Assembly (NCBI RefSeq): GCF_000039765.1
Contig: NC_004460.2
Span: 990,001 to 1,022,000, forward strand
Direction of reading: 5' to 3'
Source: Vibrio vulnificus CMCP6
GTDB lineage: Bacteria; Pseudomonadota; Gammaproteobacteria; Enterobacterales; Vibrionaceae
DNA length: 32,000 nucleotides
Under the pieces are notes generated by a model. It saw only the letters and a program-made list of their open reading frames with translations. It did no database searches and was not told the DNA's origin. Shown piece by piece: positions 25,490 to 32,000 of the stretch (position 1 is its first letter; every line of letters begins with the position of its first letter). Both the position numbers and the translations under genes were made by a program.

Positions 25490-26653
25490 ATGGGCAAACT
25501 TCGATCTTATTTGCTGCCGATCATACTGCCACTGCTGGCCGTTAGCCTTGTAAGCTGCTCCCAACCACAAACCCCGATAAAAATTGGTGCGGTGCTGCCT
25601 TTGACTGGCACCTTTGCTGTGTATGGTGAGCAAGCCGTCAGAGGCGCCGAGCTTGCAGTTGAACAGATTAATGCCAAAGGTGGTGTCTTGGGGCGTCCAC
25701 TTGAGCTGGTGATCAGAGACAATGCAACGGACCCCGCCAAGACGGTCAAATACAGTCGAGAGCTGATTCTCAATGAGGATGTGTTCGCACTATTAGGCCC
25801 GGTCAGCAGTTCATCGCGTTATGCGATGAGTGAAATCGCCACCGAGCTGCGCACACCTATGTTTTATGGCATCGACTACGAAGGCCGTCACTTCAGCCCT
25901 TATCTCATCTGTTACAGCACCATTCCTGAGCACTATATTGCACCGATTGTCCCTTATTTAGCGGAAAACGTAGGCAGTTCCTTCTACATTTTCGGTTACG
26001 ACTACATATGGCCACACCGCATGTCTCAACGCATTGTCGAAGAAGTCGAGAAAGTGGAAGGCGAAATCAGCGGCATCGAGTTTACCGCCTTTGGTGTCAA
26101 AGATTACACCCCAGTGCTGGAACGCATTAAACGCTCAGGGACAAATGTGCTGATGCTGATCTTGCCGGGCAGTGATGGTTTCAACTTCCTCAAACAGATG
26201 AAAGCGTTTGAATTTGAAAGAGAGATTCAAGTTGTCGCTTTTGCGGCCGATGAAACCTATCTAAGCAATGTGGATTCACAATCGTTACAAGGCGTGATGA
26301 CCGCCCTGCACTTTTTCAGCGGGTTGGATAACGCAGTCGCCCGCGAGTTTGTGCAGAATTATCATCGCTTTCACGGCGCAGATGCCGTAGTCACCTACTC
26401 AAGCAAAGCGCATTACGATCTGATTTATTTAATCAAAGCTGCCATCGAAAAAAGTGGCCGCGTTGATGGGGAGCAGTTATTGATCAACTTACCTGGATTG
26501 ACGCTCTACAGCGGAGAAGACGCCGTTCACTTGCGCAATGATCATCATTTTGATCTACCGATGTACCTCGCTCAGTTCCAACAAGGCGAGCTCAATGTGA
26601 TTCGCAACTTAGGCATCATTAAACCTGAGGATCAAAGAAGCGCGACCGAATGA
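25490..26653 (+). CDS. Lipoprotein, type I periplasmic binding protein of ABC branched-chain amino acid/amide/urea type
   Basis: Lipobox LLAVSLVSC^SQP; IKIGAVLPLTGTFAVYGEQAVRGAELAVEQINAKGGVLGRPLELVIRDNATDPAKTV (Peripla_BP_6-like). Start at 25490 (MGKLRSYLL). Confidence 0.88.
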   Translation: MGKLRSYLLPIILPLLAVSLVSCSQPQTPIKIGAVLPLTGTFAVYGEQAVRGAELAVEQINAKGGVLGRPLELVIRDNATDPAKTVKYSRELILNEDVFALLGPVSSSSRYAMSEIATELRTPMFYGIDYEGRHFSPYLICYSTIPEHYIAPIVPYLAENVGSSFYIFGYDYIWPHRMSQRIVEEVEKVEGEISGIEFTAFGVKDYTPVLERIKRSGTNVLMLILPGSDGFNFLKQMKAFEFEREIQVVAFAADETYLSNVDSQSLQGVMTALHFFSGLDNAVAREFVQNYHRFHGADAVVTYSSKAHYDLIYLIKAAIEKSGRVDGEQLLINLPGLTLYSGEDAVHLRNDHHFDLPMYLAQFQQGELNVIRNLGIIKPEDQRSATE

Positions 26654-28473
26654 ATCGACTCAGTTTCAAGATGTTCCTCATCCTGTCTCCTCTCGCCTTA
26701 TTTGTGGCGATATTTGGCTATGTCTATTATCAGGCGCGCATCAACCTGATGGTGGAACATATCCGTCAAAGTAGCCAACTGGCGATTGCACAGGGTGCAA
26801 AAGAGATCAGCCACTACATTGATCGCCGGTTTTCGGAGTTCGATCTGGTCAGTGCGCATCTTGCTCAGTGCCAAGATGAGCATGTAGTGACAGAGAGAAT
26901 GGAGGATGCGATCAGCTTTGCTTCTGGTTTTTCTATGTTGCTGTTAACCGACACCAAAGGCAGCATCATCGATTCGGTGTTTTCCGCCAACAAAAGCAAC
27001 CGCTATATTCTTCGCCAAGACATTTCGGGGTTGATCGCTTACGACGCGTTCACTAAAAAACAGCTATCACTCTCTTATCAGCAGTGGCTTATCGATCAAC
27101 CCATCAATCAAGCCAAAGAGCAGTTGGTGTATGAAAAACTGCAAAAACTCAAATCTCGCGGCGAAGAAAACTCCATCGAGAGTCGCGAGTTACGTAACAA
27201 ACTCAATAACTTAAGAGCGATAAAAAGTTTACCCAGACCCGTGGTCAGCTTAATGCCCGCTGAGTATATCGCGCAGTTAGGGCTCATTTTCGACAGCGAG
27301 ACCTATTTTCTTTCACGCCCTTTGGTCGATTGCGCAGGTGAACTGAAAGGCTACTACACGGCGGTGCTCGATCGCACCTTGATTGAAGATCAGATCTTTG
27401 AAATTAAAAGCACCTTAGTCAATGACAACATCAACCAAGTGGATGTGTCGATCATGACTAAGTTGAATCGTCGTTTGCTGATGCCGACGAAATATCTTAA
27501 TGCCGAGGCGCTCAAAGAGTATGGCCCCAACGCCACAGCTTCACCGTGGCTCAGGCCCGATCTGGGTGGCGTTCTCATCAATCAAGACATCTACATTAGC
27601 CCCTCATGGGGACATCGATTTACCCGAGCCAGCGGGCTCAATGTTGCACAGCATGAGCTGGGCTTATGCTTGCTTGCGTTCATCGATATTGAAGAGTTGA
27701 ACAGTGAAAACCGGCATATTCTACGCGAAGTACTCGCTTATGTCGGCGCCGCGCTGATTATCTTTTTACTGCTGACACTCTACCTTGCACGTTATGTCGG
27801 CGTGCCCATTGAACGTCTGCGTCGCCAAGCCAAAGCACTGGAAAAAGGCAAATCCATTCGCGGTGAGTTGCTTGAACGCAAAGATGAAATTGGTGAGCTG
27901 TTTGCCGCGTTTTACCATATGGCCGAGGCAATCAAAGGCAAAGAACAGCAGCTCACAGTATTGGCACAGCAAGACTCATTAACTGGCGTGTTGAACCGCC
28001 GAGCTCTGATTGAAGCGGCCAACATTCAAAGAAGAGTCAACGACAAGATAGGGGTCTGCATGATGGATTTGGATCACTTCAAAACCATCAATGACGAATA
28101 TGGCCACGCTGCGGGCGACAAGGTTTTGAAAGCGTTTTGTCAGTTAGTTTCTCAAGAAATTCGCCAACAAGATCTGTTTGGCCGCGTCGGGGGCGAAGAG
28201 TTTTGTTTAGTGTTGCCAGATGCAAATTTGGCACAAACCCTGCTTATTGCTGAGCGTATCCGCCTAAGTGCGGAGATGGTACTGGGTTCCGTACTCGAGC
28301 TCGGGGATGATATGAAAGTCACCGTGAGTATTGGTGCCACGTTATGGCAATGCAGCAACTTTGAACGCGCACTCTTCATCGCGGACAAAGCGCTTTATCG
28401 AGCCAAACATGAAGGCAGAAACCAAGTGCAACATGCACTGACTGAGGACGATAACGGTGATTATTACCACTGA
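26650..28473 (+). CDS. Membrane-bound diguanylate cyclase: periplasmic sensor (Cache-like) - HAMP - GGDEF
   Basis: N-terminal TM, large periplasmic region, second TM, HAMP-like segment, then CMMDLDHFKTINDEYGHAAGDKVLKAF and FGRVGGEEFCLVLP. Inhibitory I-site RQQD lies five residues before GGEEF. ATGA overlap with the upstream gene. Confidence 0.93.
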   Translation: MNRLSFKMFLILSPLALFVAIFGYVYYQARINLMVEHIRQSSQLAIAQGAKEISHYIDRRFSEFDLVSAHLAQCQDEHVVTERMEDAISFASGFSMLLLTDTKGSIIDSVFSANKSNRYILRQDISGLIAYDAFTKKQLSLSYQQWLIDQPINQAKEQLVYEKLQKLKSRGEENSIESRELRNKLNNLRAIKSLPRPVVSLMPAEYIAQLGLIFDSETYFLSRPLVDCAGELKGYYTAVLDRTLIEDQIFEIKSTLVNDNINQVDVSIMTKLNRRLLMPTKYLNAEALKEYGPNATASPWLRPDLGGVLINQDIYISPSWGHRFTRASGLNVAQHELGLCLLAFIDIEELNSENRHILREVLAYVGAALIIFLLLTLYLARYVGVPIERLRRQAKALEKGKSIRGELLERKDEIGELFAAFYHMAEAIKGKEQQLTVLAQQDSLTGVLNRRALIEAANIQRRVNDKIGVCMMDLDHFKTINDEYGHAAGDKVLKAFCQLVSQEIRQQDLFGRVGGEEFCLVLPDANLAQTLLIAERIRLSAEMVLGSVLELGDDMKVTVSIGATLWQCSNFERALFIADKALYRAKHEGRNQVQHALTEDDNGDYYH

Positions 28474-28912
28474 CAATTTACAGCATAAACAAGTCATTAC
28501 GCTGCTCGAAGAACATCTGCAAGACATGTATGCCACCTCACCAGCGGAGAGTGTCCACGCCCTAGATTTAAGTGCATTGCAACATCCGGATGTGACCTTT
28601 TGGACTGGCTGGCAAAAAGAAACCTTACTCGGTTGCACCGCATTGAAGCGTCTTACGCACCAACATGGTGAACTCAAATCCATGCGCACCACACACGCCG
28701 CCAGAGGCAAAGGGGTGGCCTCCACGCTTTTGCAGCATTTGATTGAGCACGCCAAGCAGCAAGGTTATCAGCAAATCAGTTTAGAGACTGGAACGATGGC
28801 TTTTTTTGCCCCCGCTCGCGCCCTCTACGAGAAATTTGGTTTTGAGTATTGCGCACCTTTTGGCGACTATCAGGAAGACCCAAACAGCTGCTTCATGACG
28901 TTAACACTCTGA
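28457..28912 (+). CDS. GNAT-family N-acetyltransferase (GTG start, overlaps DGC gene by 17 nt)
   Basis: ELKSMRTTHAARGKGVASTLLQHLIEHAKQQGYQQISLETGTMAFFAPARALYEKFGFEYCAPFGDY. Confidence 0.9.
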   Translation: MIITTDNLQHKQVITLLEEHLQDMYATSPAESVHALDLSALQHPDVTFWTGWQKETLLGCTALKRLTHQHGELKSMRTTHAARGKGVASTLLQHLIEHAKQQGYQQISLETGTMAFFAPARALYEKFGFEYCAPFGDYQEDPNSCFMTLTL

Positions 28913-28922
28913 TCACACTCCA

Positions 28923-28946
28923 ATGTGATTCAGTCACATCTTTTTT
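28923..28946 (+). terminator. Rho-independent terminator after the lipoprotein-DGC-GNAT operon
   Basis: ATGTGA-TTCAG-TCACAT followed by CTTTTTT. Confidence 0.65.
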
Positions 28947-29147
28947 AGCGCTTCCCCACCGATAAGAGGTCACTTCACGGCCTCTTTTGTTTTATTTGTG
29001 ACATCGAATCCGCTTCTCTTTGTTCGATTTACACCAGCATGAATTAAGTCACATAAAATTTATGGATATGGGTGCACACTGAAATCCGTACTCATCGACT
29101 AATGAGGTCGCAATGCAAGGAGCCCCGCGCAAAATGACCTGGAAGAC

Positions 29148-29172
29148 GATCAGGCGGTAACCCCGCCTGATC
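29148..29172. promoter_or_regulatory. 10-bp hairpin GATCAGGCGG-TAACC-CCGCCTGATC in the leader of the EF-G-like gene
   Basis: Perfect inverted repeat about 50 nt upstream of the start codon, without a following T tract. Confidence 0.55.
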
Positions 29173-29221
29173 ATGAGATTTATCGTCCTTCTCTTCTTCC
29201 TCTCTATTGCAAGGAGGCGCT

Positions 29222-31240
29222 ATGCCTATCAACAAAATTCGCAATATCGCGTTTGTGGGTCAGTCTGGTAGCGGTAAAACCACGTTGATCGAAAAATTGC
29301 TTTTTGCTTGCGACGCCACCACTCATCTTGGATCCATTGAAAAAGGCGATACCGTGACCGATTTCGATGACCAATCGATTCAATATCAGCACAGTATCGA
29401 AGCCACTCCCGTCGCTTTAAGCTGGCAAAAACATCGTCTAAACATCATCGATACTCCGGGATTGTCCGAGTTACTCGGTCGCAGTTTGAGTGTCTTTCCC
29501 GCCGTTGAAACGTCGGTGTTGGTGCTGGATCCGCAAATGCCGCTGACCCAAGTGACCGACAAGCTGTTCCAATTTGCTCAGCAGCAGAAAAAATGCCAGA
29601 TGATCATCATCAATAAGTTGGACAACCACGGTAACCAACTTGAGAAACTGTTGGATGAGATTCAAGACCACTTTGGTCATAACTGCTTGCCGATTAACCT
29701 TCCTTCAGCCGATGGCAACGAGGTTGTTGACTGTTTCTTTGAACCTCAATACCAACAAGCGACATTACTAAGCAGTGTTGAAGCCACCCATGAAACCTTG
29801 ATTGACCAAGTGGTGGAAGTGGATGAAGAACTGATGGAGCTCTACCTTGAACAAGGCTCTGAACTTACCCCTGCGCAGTTACACGATCCATTTGAAGAAG
29901 CGTTACGTACCGGGCACGTTGTGCCAATCTGTTTTGCCTCCGCACAGACCGGTGCCGGCATTGAATTGCTGCTGCGCACCTTAGCCGAATTAATGCCAAT
30001 GCCCAACGAAGGCAACCCTCCGTTACTGCAAAAGAACGGAAAGATGATCAAGGTGAATTGCGACACCCTCGAACACACTGTCGCCCATGTTTACAAGATC
30101 AGCGTGGACCCTTACATGGGTAAACTGGCGTATTTACGCGTGTTCCAAGGGGAGATCAACGCAGGTAGCCAACTCTATGTCGGCGAGAGCAATAAAGCGT
30201 TTAAAGTCGGCCATTTGTATCAATTGCAAGGTAAGCAGCGCACGGAAATTTCACGCGCGTTAGCGGGCGATTTTTGCGTCTTGGCTAAAGTGGACGAGTT
30301 GGAGTTTGATTCCATCGTGCACGACTCACATGACGAAGATGACGTGAGCTTGAAAACCCTTCATTTCCCCCAACCGATGTACAGCTTAAGCCTCAAACCC
30401 ACCAAACGTGGCGATGAGCAAAAACTGGGCGAAGTGCTAAATCGTATTGTTAGTGAAGACCCTTCGCTGCGCTTAGAGCATCGCGCGCGCACCAATGAGA
30501 CCATTTTAAGTGGACAAGGCGAGTTCCACCTCAAAATTGCCTTGGAAAAAATGGCAAGCGTATACAAGTTGGAGGTAGACACCGAACAGCCAAGCGTTGA
30601 GTACTTTGAAACCATCACCAAACCCGCTGAAGGGCAATATCGCCATAAAAAACAAAGTGGTGGTGCGGGTCAGTTTGGCGAAGTACACCTCAGTGTGAAA
30701 CCCCTTGAGCGAGGTGCGGGGTTCAAATTCGTCAACAAAGTAGTAGGCGGAGCCATTCCAACCTCATTGATTCCAGCGGTTGAAAAAGGCATCCATCAAG
30801 CACTTGAAGAAGGGGCGATTTCGAATAATCCTATTCGCGACATTGAAGTCACGGTACACGATGGCAAATACCACTCGGTCGATTCTAAAGAGATCGCGTT
30901 TGTCATCGCAGGTAAGAAGGCGTTTCTCGATGCCGTCAAGAAGGCAGACCCGATTGTATTGGAACCGATTGTTCAGTTGGAGCTGACCATTCCGACCAAT
31001 AACGTCGGGGATGTGACTGGCGATCTGTCTGGCAACCGTGGCCTCATTGAGGGCACAGAACCACAAGCGAACAACCTAACTTTAATCAAAGGCAAATCGC
31101 CGCTCAATGAGCTGCAAGACTATGCAAGAAAACTGCGCGCACTGACCGGCGGTGAAGGCAGCTTCAACATGTCGCTCAGCCACTATGAGCCCGCCCCACC
31201 AGCAGTGCAAAAAAGAGTCTGTGAAGAAACCACGTCCTAA
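29222..31240 (+). CDS. Elongation factor G-like GTPase (FusA2-type paralogue)
   Basis: GQSGSGKTTLIEKLL, DTPGLSEL, NKLDN, and full EF-G domain order through KKQSGGAGQFGEVHLSVKPL and NPIRDIEVTVHDGKYHSVDSKEIAFVIAGKKAF. SD AAGGAGG precedes ATG 29222. Confidence 0.9.
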   Translation: MPINKIRNIAFVGQSGSGKTTLIEKLLFACDATTHLGSIEKGDTVTDFDDQSIQYQHSIEATPVALSWQKHRLNIIDTPGLSELLGRSLSVFPAVETSVLVLDPQMPLTQVTDKLFQFAQQQKKCQMIIINKLDNHGNQLEKLLDEIQDHFGHNCLPINLPSADGNEVVDCFFEPQYQQATLLSSVEATHETLIDQVVEVDEELMELYLEQGSELTPAQLHDPFEEALRTGHVVPICFASAQTGAGIELLLRTLAELMPMPNEGNPPLLQKNGKMIKVNCDTLEHTVAHVYKISVDPYMGKLAYLRVFQGEINAGSQLYVGESNKAFKVGHLYQLQGKQRTEISRALAGDFCVLAKVDELEFDSIVHDSHDEDDVSLKTLHFPQPMYSLSLKPTKRGDEQKLGEVLNRIVSEDPSLRLEHRARTNETILSGQGEFHLKIALEKMASVYKLEVDTEQPSVEYFETITKPAEGQYRHKKQSGGAGQFGEVHLSVKPLERGAGFKFVNKVVGGAIPTSLIPAVEKGIHQALEEGAISNNPIRDIEVTVHDGKYHSVDSKEIAFVIAGKKAFLDAVKKADPIVLEPIVQLELTIPTNNVGDVTGDLSGNRGLIEGTEPQANNLTLIKGKSPLNELQDYARKLRALTGGEGSFNMSLSHYEPAPPAVQKRVCEETTS

Positions 31241-31285
31241 ACGGAAAATTCAGTCACCGTAGACGTTTTTAGCCAACAACACCGC

Positions 31286-31312
31286 AAGGGAGCATCACGC
31301 TCCCTTGTTTAT
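31286..31312 (+). terminator. Probable terminator downstream of the EF-G-like gene
   Basis: AAGGGAGC-ATCAC-GCTCCCTT followed by a weak T-rich stretch. Confidence 0.55.
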
Positions 31313-31409
31313 CGCTTCTTTTTATTTGTTTCGTTGTAAATTGTCTGTACGTAAATGGCTTCTTCGTTTATTGCTTGCTGGCCAAGCAACCGTCGCGGCC
31401 ATCTTTTGA

Positions 31410-31607
31410 CTAACGTTCTTTCGGTTCAGCAATTTGATAGAGCTTATGTTCCGAGCAGGCAGTTTCACAGTTGCAAACTTTATCCACCCCGACGGTATTT
31501 AAACCACCACAACTGCCTTGAATCGCTTTGCGTTTGAACATCACACCAATCGCCATCAAGCCAATCACCAACAGAAAAACGCCGAATGTCACCAACAAAT
31601 TCACCAT
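31410..31607 (-). CDS. nqrM: NqrM-like (Na+)-NQR maturation protein (DUF539 family)
   Basis: 65 aa: single N-terminal TM (LLVTFGVFLLVIGLMAIGVMF) and Cys pattern KAIQGSCGGLNTVGVDKVCNCETAC, diagnostic of NqrM. Confidence 0.88.
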   Translation of the reverse strand: MVNLLVTFGVFLLVIGLMAIGVMFKRKAIQGSCGGLNTVGVDKVCNCETACSEHKLYQIAEPKER

Positions 31608-31608
31608 G

Positions 31609-32000
31609 TTATCCCCTTGGACGAATGCGTAATATGGGTGAACAAACCCTTTGATTTGGTTCGCGCGTGGCCACCTTGTTCACCTTGCTCTGCGGGCGAC
31701 AAGCCGATCCACACTGAGAATGAGACCGACATTCACGGCCTTGTGTTGCAGAAGTCATGGGCGTTTTTACTGCGTTGCTCACCTCGTGCAGTGAACAACG
31801 ACCTGCCAGTTGATAGACGCTCACCCCTTTTGACAGCAGTTTGGCTAACGATTTCTGACCAATATTTTTCACCATCAGTTGTGTCACGCCTGCGGCTAAA
31901 AGTTGCTGAACACAACGCGCTTTCTTGGCGCACTCAGCTTGATTGAACGCAGGGTTGGCAAGATACGCCACCACCTCTCCAACGGAATTGATCAACGCGA
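31609..32000 (-). CDS. NifX/NifB-like (dinitrogenase Fe-Mo cofactor family) protein, N-terminus beyond window
   Basis: GEVVAYLANPAFNQAECAKKARCVQQLLAAGVTQLMVKNIGQKSLAKLLSKGVSVYQLAG resembles the NifB/NifX cofactor-binding domain. The annotated start at 31995 is TTG and the frame stays open to the window edge, so the gene is partial. Confidence 0.65.
   Translation of the reverse strand, partial: ALINSVGEVVAYLANPAFNQAECAKKARCVQQLLAAGVTQLMVKNIGQKSLAKLLSKGVSVYQLAGRCSLHEVSNAVKTPMTSATQGRECRSHSQCGSACRPQSKVNKVATREPNQRVCSPILRIRPRG

Noticed and set aside
28924-28938. TGTGA-TTCAG-TCACA resembling a CRP binding site
   Set aside because: The spacer is 5 nt, not the 6 nt of a CRP site, and the element is followed directly by CTTTTTT after the GNAT stop. 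A terminator is the simpler explanation.
31355-31946. Plus-strand ORFs 31355..31537 and 31518..31946
   Set aside because: They lie antisense to the better supported nqrM-like and NifX-like genes and have no family resemblance.
1-32000. CRISPR array, toxin-antitoxin, restriction-modification, retron, BREX/CBASS-like or prophage genes
   Set aside because: I looked for regularly spaced repeats, reverse transcriptase, nuclease/ATPase defence pairs, phage structural genes and small toxin-antitoxin pairs, and found none. The window does not support a defence-system claim.

Overview
The gene content, codon usage and protein matches to my knowledge look like a Vibrio-type chromosome. I cannot assign species or replicon without a search. 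No rRNA, tRNA, CRISPR array, transposase, integrase, prophage or recognisable defence island was found. The window reads as ordinary and lightly accessory chromosomal sequence. Main content, left to right: the C-terminal end of a DUF294-like CBS/nucleotidyltransferase protein; a DnaQ-like exonuclease with a small in-frame tandem repeat; a DUF3360-like membrane protein; an ACT-domain protein; a GNAT + carbon-nitrogen hydrolase fusion; a small MscS-like channel; a phytase-like esterase beta-propeller protein; a GNAT protein; a larger MscS-family protein; a small secreted protein; an RND permease/adaptor pair; a periplasmic sulfite-oxidase-fold-like protein next to a hybrid histidine kinase; a NUDIX protein; a YbhB/YbcL-like protein; an AraC regulator; an FeS-type (6-4) photolyase; SoxR convergent to the photolyase and divergent from an MFS transporter that has a clear SoxR box; an orphan type I substrate-binding lipoprotein overlapping a membrane diguanylate cyclase and a GNAT gene; an EF-G-like GTPase lacking the usual catalytic His; and, at the right edge, nqrM with a NifX/NifB-like protein. 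The strongest candidates for under-described biology are the binding-protein/diguanylate-cyclase pair, the Cys-less SUOX-like protein paired with a hybrid kinase, the SoxR box driving the MFS gene, the NifX-like/NqrM coupling, and two orphan terminators that imply unannotated transcripts (about 11.2-11.4 kb on + and about 25 kb on -). All functional statements are inferences from sequence motifs. No database search was run.
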